Below, piece after piece: positions 1 through 15,089 of a stretch of DNA of 64,000 nucleotides. A model generated the notes under the pieces. That model did not search any database and was not told the origin of the DNA. It was given only the letters and a program-made list of their open reading frames with translations. Within the stretch, counting starts at the first letter, position 1. Every line of letters starts with the position of its first letter. Both the position numbers and the translations under genes were made by a program. Source of the stretch: Eledone cirrhosa (lineage: Eukaryota); NCBI GenBank assembly GCA_964016885.1, contig OZ024740.1, positions 309,690,001-309,754,000 of the forward strand, in the 5' to 3' direction.

Positions 1-535
1 AAAGAATTGTTCCACAGTGCAAGAGGGGCCAAACTTCTAATTGCAGGTATAATTCTATCAAGAATCCTTTTACTAAGTCTACCTAAATCGGACTTCGTAG
101 GGTTAATAAGCCGAATAGAGGGGTTGTTCGGAAAATTGGATTTGTGATCCTTCAGGGTAAAGGGGGGAGAAATAGGGTCCAGAGGTTCAGTCCGGTCCAG
201 GATGTTGAGATCAGAGGTGATTTTAAAGCCAGCATCGTTGATTTCATTAATGACGCTCCGATTAGTTTTACGGTAATCCTTAGTTACAGCATTATGTAGC
301 AGTTGATGGTAAGTACTGCGCTCCACTTGATATAGGTTGCCAGTTTTGTCGGAATGGACATGCACGGCATTAGAATAATTAATAGAACGAATTTTATTCT
401 TCAGGTCCTGCTGGAAGGAATTGCTCCTATTCCGAAATTTGATACTCCATTCCAAGACATCATTATCGAAGGGTAGCAATGGTGGGTTACTCGGTCGGAG
501 GGTTATTATAGGTTTTAAACCCAAACTTATCCTGT
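1..535 (-). mobile_element. Penelope-like element (Naiad-like), N-terminal part of RT ORF, running off the window start
   Basis: Hand translation of the minus strand gives SFQQDLKNKIRSINYSNAVHVHSDKTGNLYQV and FTLKDHKSNFPNNPSIRLINPTKSDLGRLSKRILDRII. The DKT and TLKDHK/RLINP motifs are typical of PLE RT N-termini. Confidence 0.8.
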
Positions 536-837
536 TTGTTGTCTGCTTTTCCCTGATTATCGAAATAAAAGGCACGCCAAAGAAACCTATTAATGAACGC
601 GTCTGTTTTCTGTATGTTTTAGGTATGTTTTCGCGTCTGTTTTAGGTATGTTTTCCTGCTTGCTACGGGTATGTTCTTTGTAGAAATATTCAGATGTTGT
701 TTCTGCATGATGAATATAAGTCAATAGAGTGGTCAACCGAGGGATCCAAATAGTAATAATAATAAATTTGAAGACTAAAATTCAAAGAGGGCTCGATAAG
801 GATAAATAAATATCAAATATATAAGAATCGTAGAGAA

Positions 838-1534
838 AATATTTATTAAAATACCAGATTAAAATTTAAGCAAATAATCGCTGCTTTCACCCTTAACAGG
901 ATCTTCTGGAACTAACGAAGTCAATCTATGAAGGCAGAAGTGAATATTTCAAAAAACGTTGCAACCGGAGGAAGACAGGAAGACGATACTTTGGTTCGTG
1001 GAAACGTTCCCCGGCAAAGAACGGGAAAAATCGAATATAATACGTCATTATTTGGAGCAGTGAAAAACAATTACACGCAAAGACAAAACCACGTTTATGG
1101 TATAAAAGAAGTCGTAGACTAATAATCTATTAGGTGGTTCATAGAGACGTTCTCTGGCAATTAACGGAAAAACCGAAGATAATACGTCATATGTGTAGCG
1201 GGGAGAACAATTGCACGCAAAGACAAAACCACGTAAATGGTATAACTGAAGTCGTAGACTAAAATTCTAACTAGGAAACCGAATGATTCTCGGCTTCAGA
1301 GTTAAGAATAAAGTAAATAAAATACAGAGGTAATTGAAATTAAATAAATATATACATGCATCCATATAGGTACATACACAAGCATACGCGAACACTCGCC
1401 ATAGGTATACAAATACACGCACCTACACAGAATAAAAAAAACAAAAAAAACTCACGCACATACAGAACCAACGCAACGCCTGTACCCGCACCCATACGAA
1501 AGTATACACCAAATACACATAACAATATATATAA

Positions 1535-1584
<50 letters not shown>

Positions 1585-2591
1585 ACGTGTATACATATAA
1601 TTAAATAAACGTATATAAATAAATAAATATGTATATAACAAGCGCACACACATACCTACATGTAAATACACATATGTTCGGAGACGAACGTCAACCAAAA
1701 CACAAAGTATATATATACACATACGCTACATCCGTACGAACCCGCATACTCACACAGACGCAAAACTCACGTATACACATAACCAAAACATATGTACCAG
1801 AATATATAATATATACGCCATAACATATACAATCAAATATACGTACGAGAAAGTATACGTACCTTCACAAAACATACAGGTAATATATACTTACCTATAC
1901 AAATAAGTAATTGTTTCTACTTTTTGGCAGAAGGCCAGCAATTATCCCAGTGTATTACTGGTACTTTATTTTATCGACCCTGTAAGGATGAAAGGCAAAG
2001 TTAACCTCGCGGGATTTGAACTCAGATTGGAAAGGGCCGTAACTCTATGCGTCAAAGCATGGTGTCCGACCCTCTACCGATACTGCCAATCCACCAATGG
2101 TATAAACATAACATATACTTAGCTACCACATCAAGACGTAAAATATCCGCGTATAGTTCGTACTATCCGTTAGGGTATAATGTGGGCCTGTAATACAGGA
2201 AAGTTTTGTGCAATTTATGTTTACAAGCCGAAATTGCCTCAGATTTTTTACGACTTCTTTTATACCATAAACGTAGTTTTGTCTTTGCGTTTTTCACTGC
2301 TCGTATGCAGTATTATATTCGTATTATATTCGTTTTATATTCGTTTATATTTTCGTATTATATATTTCGTATTATATATTTCGTTTTATATTCGTATTAT
2401 ATTCGTTTTTTTCCCGTTATTTGCCAGGGAACGTTTCCACGAACCAAAGTATCGTCTTCCTGTCTTCCTTCAGTTGCAACGTTTTTTGAAATATTCACTT
2501 CTGCGTTCACAGATTGACTTTGTTAGTTTCAGAAGATCCCGTTAAGGGTGAAAGCAGCGATTCTTTGCTTAAAGTTTAATCTGGTATTTTA

Positions 2592-2598
<7 letters not shown>
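838..2598. repeat. Diverged inverted repeat pair (about 838-1120 and 2240-2598), probably inverted PLE pseudo-LTR copies
   Basis: 841-1044 (atttattaaaataccagatt...ggaaacgttccccggcaa) is the reverse complement of about 2393-2598. 1080-1115 mirrors 2240-2290, and 1040-1120 is also repeated directly at 1180-1262. Confidence 0.8.
1911..2097 (-). mobile_element. tRNA-derived SINE (cephalopod-type)
   Basis: The minus strand has A-box-like TGGCAGTATCGG, B-box-like GAGTTCAAATCCC and central TTTGCCTTTCATCCTTACAGGGTCGATAAAATAAAGTACCAGT. A second copy lies at 27715-27904. Confidence 0.85.
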
Positions 2599-2660
<62 letters not shown>

Positions 2661-2785
2661 TTAGTTAAGCAAAACAAGGCCACAAACTTCACAAGGAAGA
2701 CATTATTAAAAGATTGTCAACATATTTTAATTTGCTGTAAGGAATGTAGAGAATAATAATAATAATATTAATAATAATAATGTCC

Positions 2786-2905
2786 GTTTACAATTGTTTC
2801 GCTACTCCATATAATATTTCTGGATCAGATGACTATATATCATAATTGATCTGGTTCAGTTGAAAATAATTAACATATTTAAAAAACAGAGTGGCTCATC
2901 GGAAC
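2786..2905 (-). ncRNA. Type I hammerhead ribozyme-like motif (core variant CCGATGA, long stem II)
   Basis: Minus strand reads gtt-CCGATGA-gccactct...ggagtagc-GAAA-caattg-TA-aac, with stems I and II and a palindromic stem III. Confidence 0.6.
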
Positions 2906-3460
2906 TTCAAAGGAATATAAATTAAAATAATGGGATAATGTTACATAATATAATGTTCCATATATTGGTTTTTACTATGGTGTCTTGGTTGCTCAGTTGT
3001 CAGCCATAATCAAGCAGTATTCATCTGAAGAGGCTGCATTGTGTGAGATCTGCCTATGGGTAACAAGATGGCTGCCAAAGGGCATATTTACCTTACTAAT
3101 TAGAGGGTGGTTTCAGGCGAAGTAACTTCTCGAGAGATTAGAAATTGTGAGTGTTTATAGTTAAGTGCTAATTTTTAAATTTTTTTTATTGAGAGACAAT
3201 GTAGGGGAGGTAACTTATAATTATCGAGTTGTTCATAGCAATTTAACTTATTAGCTACAAGTAAAAATGGGGCTATATGACTAAGTTGTGTCAAAAATTC
3301 TATTGGCACCTAGCTACTTTCTACTGCATATTGCACATTGAGCACATGCCTTTACGCTTTGGCTTCTAACTAACTCACCAATCTCTCCTCTCATATCTCC
3401 TCTACTATCTCCATCTCTCTCTCTTTAAGTTTGGTTACTCTTGAACTGTGTGTATATATA

Positions 3461-3539
<79 letters not shown>

Positions 3540-5009
3540 ATGTATATATGTATGTGTGTATGTATGTGTGTATGTGTAAGAATGTGTGCAATACGGATAA
3601 CCTGATGCCCTATTTTTATACCCAAAAGAATGTGCGTTTGCTCTATTTTTAAGCCGCGCGGGAATATTGAAATTATTGTGTTGCATATATTTGTAGCCAT
3701 CTATAAATTTTCATTAATATGAAAGATCCCGTTAATATTAGGTAAGCATTGATATTAATAGAATCGTTAACGTTCGTAATTATCTCAATATTATCTTTGA
3801 ATTTAAGTAAAGGCCTACATTTCTACATTGTTTCCATAAAAAAGATTCGATTACAAAACGTTAATTTAACCATATAATCTAGAGGAATATAACCCAAAGC
3901 TCATAACAAAAAACATGTCTTTAATTGTATTGTCCCATAAAAGATGAGATTTATATGATAGCAGATGTGGTTGAAGTAATGGAGCAATTTTCTTTTCCCA
4001 GTACTGATGTTCTGTGGCAATGTTTTGCATCGTTGACAAAACGTTTTCTGTTTCTAAAATGCTTTAATTTCAATAGATTTGGAATGTAATATATATTCAT
4101 TACTTTCTTTGCTACCATTAACCTTTTTGCTAATAGAACCCCTGTCTTTCCCCTTGGTACTTGTATTACCTAGTATTCAAATCCTTATTATATGATAATT
4201 ATTTTGGCATAAACAGTTTTCTATTTGTTATCACAATAATGTTTATATTTCTAAAACCCCTTCTCTTAATTCTAGATGAAGTAGAACATCAGTAATTAAC
4301 AAAATATTCTAAAATACATCTTTAGCATAATCTGAAGTCGTATTGTATTATTTACCTCTACAGGCTATTGTGGTTTTCAAATTATACGACTTGTTTATGC
4401 CAATATTTAAAAAATGTTATCCAAATCGTATCCAATTCTAGAGAATTCGATTAAATCGGAATACTATGACAGTTCACATCCTTATTGTTCTCGTTGAAAT
4501 ATTTTTTAATGAATATTTTGTAGAAATCCCTAGCTAAAATTATTTCCTCATGAATGTTAATGGAGTGGTTTATATATATATTGGCCTGATGTCATTCTTT
4601 TTTCAAACAATTCCGTTAAGTGAAACAAAGTGTCAAAATGTTATTCTGCAAAGAGCAAAACCTTATTAATGGTATCTTTGATTAGATTATATTAATCATG
4701 CATTAACAGACATTGATTTGTTTTAGATAAATTTAATGTTTCCATTGAATTGAGCACATTCCATATATCATCGATAGAGTCTCAATTGTGTTTATTAAGC
4801 ATGAAATAATATATAGTTCAGTTTGCCTATCATTAACTTACTTTATATTTTTATATGTATTTCTCGATTATCATTTATAGTACATTTTTGACATTATATA
4901 ATCATATGGTCATATCAATATTAATTGGATTTATTCATTGTGATATCGTTCTTCATTGAATTGTTAACTTTTATTCATATTAATAATCATTTTTGTAAAT
5001 CTCGGAGAC

Positions 5010-5640
5010 TTAAAAGATAAACGATCTGGATATTTCAGATAAGGTACAGGCAACAGCAAATTGACAATACGCCCCCACTGCATCCACTACTGTGCCATAT
5101 ATCGACAAGACTTTCCTTAAATTCCTTGCTGTAACAAAAAGTAGTCTTCTGCAAGACTTATAACCTATCTGATATGTTTCTAATACTCCGATATCCACTG
5201 GAATCATTAAAACCTTCTTCATATCCTACAACTCTCCAAGCTCCGCCTTCGGTGACCTATGCTTCTCCACCTTTTCATGCTCTTTATCCTACACTCTATT
5301 ATCTCCTGGAGCAGATATATCGACAAATTGGACCATCTTTTTCTTCTTGTTCATAATTAAAATATCTGGTCTTCTTGCCTCAATCATTCTATCACATTGA
5401 ATGGTGAAGTCACACAAAAACTTAAATTCGTCATGCTCTAACAATCCCTCTCGTCAGTTGTATATTCATTTTATCTAACCTCACCATCGACAGGCCTAAA
5501 AATTAGCACTCCATTACAGCTACATTCAGCTTCTTCATCATCCTATTCTGGCACTAGTTGGGCCCATGCTGCTCAACTATGGGACGCGTGTCGTAGTAGA
5601 TACCTTCAGCATTACCTCCTCCAGCATCATTCACGCCGCT
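5010..5640 (+). pseudogene. Highly decayed LINE (CR1/L2-like) 3' fragment
   Basis: actctccaagctccgccttcggtgacctatgc resembles the 'TLQARRLRxDL' C-terminal motif. No open frame; boundaries are approximate. Confidence 0.3.
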
Positions 5641-6749
5641 GTTATTTCTATTTGATAGAGTTTTCAATTTCACTCAAAGTGAGGTTAGTGTTGGTGAGGT
5701 TTTATAACCAGAAATATTCGTTCTTCGTAACACCATCTCTAGAGGGTGTTTTAAACAACTTAAAGGGGCACATTGACCTTAAAATTGAGGTGAGCTATTC
5801 CATTCTGTACACCAAGCCAGTACTTTATGTGCCACAGTATTATTCTTATTGTTCTTGTTTACATGTTTTCCGTGCAGTCTTTATGTTGTTGTTATTGTTG
5901 TTATTAATGTTGCTGTCGCTGATTTTGTCTTTTTTTTAAATTCTGTCATTATCATATATGTTGTTACTACTGTCGTGGTAATTGAGGTTGTATTTGTTTA
6001 TGTTTTCCTTTGTTTTAGTAGTGATGGCGGTTGTTGTGACACGACTAATCAACGCTAGTAGTATTAGTGACACTTTCTTCATGTGCTTTTACTTTTTTGT
6101 TGCTGGAGTAACGGCGTAGCTGTAGTGGAGTAATATTGGTGGTGGTGACGGAGTAGTGACGCTGATGATTATAGAGTTGTAGTTACTGTTGTTGTTGCTG
6201 TCTTTGTGTTTTGTAGCCATAACAACAGGATGTTATTATCTTTTTTTTTTCTCTGCGATGTGCGATCTGTATGCATACAGTTAAATTCAGATTGTTGTTA
6301 TAGCTACCATCGTCTAGAAGGAATGTTGACATCTGACATTCGCTTTCACTTAAAAATTCAGATAGGCCATTTTGAATTTTTTGGGGAGTTAAGAGAAGTC
6401 AAACTTTAGAGCGGTCCTCAAGTGTCAATTCCCTAGAAAATATGTGGATTTTATTAATTATTATTATTAATTATGAATTTGATATCACAGTCATTGATCT
6501 TATTTAACCAAAATATTGCCCGAAAGAACATCAAGCCATTGGATATTCAGTACGGATCGGAGTGTTCTTGCTGTTTCAGGGAGGCTGCCATTTGAAGTAT
6601 TCCAATAACTTTAGCTAGCCTTAGACATTCTTTGAGAGAGAACCTAGTTCTCCTATGACAAAGGGGTCTGGGCATATAAAAGATCGTAATAACAGAGGTA
6701 AACTTTGTTCCATCATTATGTTTTTCTGTTTTTCCTGTTCAAGTTCTAG

Positions 6750-6806
6750 CTGTCTGATGAGGTCATAGGTGTTGAATAATGGTTATTACCGAAATATATA
6801 TAACAG
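6750..6806 (+). ncRNA. Type I hammerhead ribozyme with canonical core
   Basis: ctgt-CTGATGA-ggt...acc-GAAA-tatata-TA-acag. Stem I is ctgt/acag, stem II is ggt/acc and stem III is palindromic. Confidence 0.75.
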
Positions 6807-7007
6807 TGAATATGAATAAACGAAGTTAATTTTAACCTGTTGACTTACACTTGTTTTAAAATTATTTTGGAGAAAACAGAGTGTTCTACATTGCATACTT
6901 CAGTGTCGGTATATAACCATCACATACTCAAATATATATATATATAAGAAAGTGAGGTCTTTTTTACAAAATGAAAAATAACCGAGGTGTCCTACACGAG
7001 TGAAAGT

Positions 7008-7230
7008 ATAAGGAAAAAAGATAAAATCGAAAATGCAACTGGAGTCTTATTTAAAAATATATATATATATATTTATTTGGTTCCTTTACCGGTTTCACAG
7101 TTCTTCTGCTTTTCAAAAGTAGAGTGGAAAAGCAGAAGAACTGCGAAACCGTTAAAGGAACCAAATAAATATATATAGTTAAAAAAAAATAAGACTCCAA
7201 TTGCATTGCATTTTCGATTTCATCTTTTTT

Positions 7231-7236
<6 letters not shown>
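7008..7236. repeat. Long fold-back palindrome (about 105-bp arms, about 11-nt loop) of a dispersed repeat that also occurs at 11748-11920
   Basis: tttatttggttcctttaccggtttcacagttcttctgcttttc pairs with gaaaagcagaagaactgcgaaaccgttaaaggaaccaaataaa. aaggaaaaaagataaaatcgaaaatgcaa pairs with ttgcattttcgatttcatcttttttcctt. Confidence 0.9.
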
Positions 7237-7280
<44 letters not shown>

Positions 7281-7286
<6 letters not shown>

Positions 7287-8083
7287 TTACATATTCATAA
7301 ACTAGACAGAGCCATAAATATATATATATGTGTTTTTGGCAACCATTCACGGTGTGGCTCAATGATGAATTAATTAATTAATTAATCAACAATCAGAGCA
7401 ATATATAAAAAAGTAAGTCCATAGAATCATTTGATAAAATATATACAGTATTTCTTCTCCCAATCAGCATAATTAACCACACAAAAAATCAATTACACGA
7501 GGCTATAAGTTTAAAATCTACCTATAAAGAAACAATAGATAAATAAATGATAGCTATTTTATCCGCGATCAACAGCCATAGAAGATTTACCCAGTATTTC
7601 TAATAGCCCGTAGAAATTGATTAGACATATAGCCAACCATACACAATTAGGTACAAAATCAAAGTTAGAAGAAAAAATGTACATAAACATACCAAAATTA
7701 TGTTTCTACCCCATGAGGTTCCATTAGCTTTTTGGAAATATCCGATCATGGATAAATTCACGCGTTTCGAAATCAACAGGAAACAAACTCAATTGGACAA
7801 AGATTTTTCTTAAATGATCCCCGCCAGAAACGAATTCAAAATGGCTAAGAATTGTCACATGGCCAGTGGTCAAGTTAGAAAGCTTGTGATTGGTGCCTGA
7901 CGGCGAGTAGGCTGGTTGCTAGCAAGCGCAGCCGAATACTGCCTAAATTGTTATTCAACCATACGGGAGTTTATAAAATATATAGATTTACGTATACATA
8001 AACTAGTCAGAGCCATAGATATATATATATGTGTTTTTGGCAACCATTCACGGTGTGGCTCAATGATGAATTAATTAATTAAA
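7281..8083 (-). mobile_element. Non-coding element with about 100-bp terminal direct repeats (7281-7385 and 7982-8083) and a degenerate hammerhead motif; non-autonomous PLE/retrozyme-like
   Basis: cataaactag(a/t)cagagccata...ggcaaccattcacggtgtggctcaatgatgaattaattaatta occurs twice, about 700 bp apart. Minus strand 7757-7830 reads ttt-CTGGCGG-ggatca...tgatttc-GAAA-cgcg-TG. Confidence 0.55.
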
Positions 8084-8090
8084 TAATCAG

Positions 8091-8291
<201 letters not shown>

Positions 8292-9163
8292 CACAGTATC
8301 ACAGTTCAGAGAAATCCCCGCCGGGTGTTTATTCAACATGCACCTCAATACATATGTTCTATTGTTAGTACGCGGGTTGTATGCTTTACTATCGTACTTG
8401 TAACAACAAGGATGCGCACATCCATAAACCACACGTGTATTTCATATTTTGAATTATTAGGCAACATATTTACCAATTTCATCGATGCATTTTCAGATTA
8501 TGTTTCACATATATTATCGTGCATAACGTTAATTCATTGGAAATATTTCACCAGTATGTAACGATGAATTTACATGTTAAATTGTGCTAGTAAAATCGAA
8601 ACGTTTCTACTTCGTGTTGACTCAGTCAAGCTTTGTGGATCAGGGCATATGGAAGATTTGGGTTATAATTAGGAAAGATATTGAAGTAGATTTCTTTATT
8701 ATTCTGAGTAATTGTAAAAGAAGCCATGAAGTATACTACAATTCAATCTCAAATCACATCTCTGAAAGGGTATGATAGAGCAAATATATGTGAAATGAGG
8801 AAAGTGATTATCAGGATAAAAATAAATAAATCGATTACTGCAATCAACACAAAACCAGTATATAGTCAATTACTTTGAAATTGCTTTTTAAATATATCAT
8901 TATATTTTTTTGTAACACGTCGTCACTGTTCGACTTAACTATAAATACATTATTTTCAATCGTTCATATCATATGAATTATATGAATCTATTGTGACTGA
9001 TAAATATCCAATAATGAAGAGGATGTAGAGGGAAATGCGAGTGGGTTTGAATATTTGCGAATAATGCATGATACATTAAGACAACAAAACGAATTGGCAT
9101 TTAGAAATCGATGTGGGTGTTTCATTACAATAATACGTGATAACGTGTATCGTTGTCTTTAAA

Positions 9164-10455
<1,292 letters not shown>

Positions 10456-10781
10456 GCATCACATATTCCAGTTAAGTATTTGCTAAATTGGTGTTTTAGT
10501 AAAAGGTGAAGGGTTTGATTCAAATTATTACTGTAAAATGTCAGAAGCTGAATGTGAAATAAATCTTCAGGAACACTTAAAATGCCAATAAAAATGCAAA
10601 TATAGATTAAGTCAATGAGGAATTAGTGTCAAATAAAAGATAACGTAAATATTTGAAGAACTCTTCAAACCATACTAGAAAAACCTTTTAGATAACGAAC
10701 AACTAAATTTGTGGATGAGAGAATAGAAAATGGAAATAATGTGGACACAAAATATCTTTTTTTAACCCTCTCTCTCTCTCT

Positions 10782-11920
<1,139 letters not shown>

Positions 11921-11968
11921 AGATGAGTTGAGATGGAGGGTCTGTGGTTTTTCTCACATTTTTCTCAC

Positions 11969-12019
<51 letters not shown>

Positions 12020-12596
12020 TACATATATATATATAACGTCTATTTCGTTCTTACTGTTTCTTCTTTCTCTGTATCTTTACCCTCTCTAGCAGTCACTCTC
12101 TCCGTTAGCCTCTTCCTCACCCTTCACTCACTCATTCTCTGTTACTACCTCTCCTCCTCCTCCTTCTTCCCGTTTGACCTGTGCGTAATTCTTTTCTTTC
12201 GCACCCTTGGTCTCGGAGCTCGCTTTTTTTCTCTCTCTCGTCTACGATTTCACAGAACTTACGTTCACCGAATTCACAGACTAGATCCCTTCTTCCTCCC
12301 GTTAGACCTGCACGGAATTCCTTCCTTGCTCACATTCCAACCAGGTTTGATGGTCTTTATTCTCTCTCGTTCACGATTTCACCGAATTTAAATTCATAGA
12401 AATTTGGGACTTGACTCCTTCTTCTTCACTTTTCTTTGCTTCACCATTTTTGTTTGTTTACACTCGTGTCCCCTTTATTTACGTGTCCCAACGACTCTTT
12501 TTAGCCGTTGTTGGCACCAACCGGAGGTATATGGTCTTTAAAGCGATGAAATACCAATGATGGTTGGAAGATGACTGATGAAGGACTAACTTTATT

Positions 12597-12653
12597 CATA
12601 TATATATACATATATATATACATATATACATATATATATATATACATATATAC

Positions 12654-12702
<49 letters not shown>

Positions 12703-12729
12703 CATATATACATATATATACATATATAC

Positions 12730-12760
<31 letters not shown>

Positions 12761-12769
12761 CATATATAC

Positions 12770-12818
<49 letters not shown>

Positions 12819-12851
12819 CATATATACATATATACATATATACATATATAT

Positions 12852-12884
<33 letters not shown>

Positions 12885-12911
12885 TATAAACATATATATA
12901 TACATATATAC

Positions 12912-12962
<51 letters not shown>

Positions 12963-12990
12963 CATATATACATATATATATATATATATG
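12597..12990. repeat. (TA)n/(TACA)n microsatellite
   Basis: Direct reading of the sequence. Confidence 0.95.
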
Positions 12991-15089
12991 CATATACCTA
13001 CACATACAATGTATATTTATGCAATCAAATACATAAATACACAGACACACGCACAGACACACACATACACACACATATATATATATTTATATTGGAAAAT
13101 GTGTGAAATCCTTGGTAAAGTTAGGTATATTTGAAAAAAGGAAAAGAATGAGCTCACTTGTTCTAAACAATTCAATTTTATAATATTATAGTTTTCCAGT
13201 TTGGTTTTGTATTTCTAGTAAGTTCTTTATTAACTTCGGTGGGGAGATTTTTTTAAAGATTCTTGGTTAACTTTCCTGGAGAACTTTCTTACATTCGTGG
13301 GTGGCGATTGTCAAACTGAGCTCAGGTTGTGTTGTGATCTGTATATAAGATATTTGGGTGTGTCCTTATTGTTAATGAACGGAAGTGAAGGTATGTTGAT
13401 GAAGATTCAAAGAATTAAAGCATATAAATACACACAAGAGGTGAAACAAAATAGTGAATGGTAAAAGATAATTGATTGAGAGTGGAGTTGGGAGGTGTTG
13501 GGTTGTTTAAGGAGTGTTTTAGAAAGGACTTGTGATAGGGCCCTCCTGCTGGTTCCATTTCAATAGATGACATTTGATGAATAAAATATAACGGCCAGTT
13601 GCTTTTCAAATTATTTTCCAATTTATGTATATGTATATACATATATGTTATATGTATCAACGTGTGTGCATATTGGTCGGTGTAAATGGTGTCAGTCTGT
13701 GTGCGCGTATATTTATGTATATATAAAATAAAGACGAAATTGCACGCAGTTTATTTAATATTATACAATGTACAATAATATGATCATAATATCAATTATA
13801 TTTATTATCGCTTATCATCCATAGTAAACGTTTAAACCGGTTTTTGAGGTTTCTTCGGTATTTATAGTTTCTTACTTTAAATAAACACCATTTAGTAGTT
13901 GACTTTATAGTAGAACGCTATAATATTCACAGTATATGTCATGTGGGTGTTTGGCGGAATTTTATTCCTAAATATTCATTCGTGGCTTAACCGCATTATC
14001 AATCTTGCAGCGTATATTCACAAATTCCAAAATTAGATTTTCCACCTTTTGTTAATTGTGGATTAGGCATCTATTGGTGAATTTTGCACTTTTGAGTAGA
14101 ATTTTGTTTTTATCGTGTGTTCTATAAAATTTGTGGATGCCAGATCCTTTTCATATTTTCATCCTTATTACACAACGTATATATTCTTATGAATATGATA
14201 ATAAAACTCAATATTTCCTGGGTATTGATAGATACACACGCATATACATATACACACTGACACAAATATATATAGCGCTATAGTTGATATGAAGCGTTGT
14301 GCTACCTGTAATTAGAACAATACTTTGAAACCCGGTACAGTATGAATGCTGGAATTAGAGTAGAATAAAATAAGAACGACAAAACAAAACAATAATGTTT
14401 GCCCTTTATATTTGATAATTCGAGGTTACAAAGGTTTTTTAACAAATGACGACCTCAAAAAGATTGTTTCATCTTTATCTGTCATTGACCATTTGTTTCA
14501 TCTTTATCTGTCATTGGCCATTATGATATGCGTAGACTGGAACCTACAAACGAATACAAGTGATTCCTCTATCATAAAATACCTAGAAAAGTGACAAAAC
14601 CGTGGAACTGACACTATCGTTAAGATCCTGTGTAATTTGCGGATGAATACAATATCAAATGTAAAATCTCCCACACACGTAAACTAGAATATTAAAATCT
14701 GCTGTTATTTCCAAAAAGAGAGATGATGTCTGCAATGTGAGTGCCCATCTACTCACCTCCCAGGAATGCAACACACTAATAAAACACAGGTTTTCTAGCT
14801 AGCACTAAACAGACAGTAAAATATCTTCTGTTATAGCAGTGTTTGTTCAGGATTTACTCAAACTCAGGAAACATGACACATTCATTTATTACAAATTGTA
14901 CATCAACAGCCGCAAACATATCTCTAAAAATAATCTTCTACATTGCACCCACAAAAACTTAAAACCACTTCACAAATAGGGAAACTCGTTTTTAGCCATG
15001 ATGTATCAGGCAAAATTAACCCAAGAAATATTCTACCTGTCATGTGACACCAGCCTCTACAACTTCCTCAGTGCACTCTCATTACTGTC

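Noticed and set aside
3021-3140. CTGAAGA...GAAG hammerhead-like pattern (also 9853, 12575 and 13825)
   Set aside because: The GAAA box and/or stems I and III could not be built convincingly.
14464-14520. 28-bp tandem duplication
   Set aside because: Real, but an ordinary slippage duplication with no further structure.
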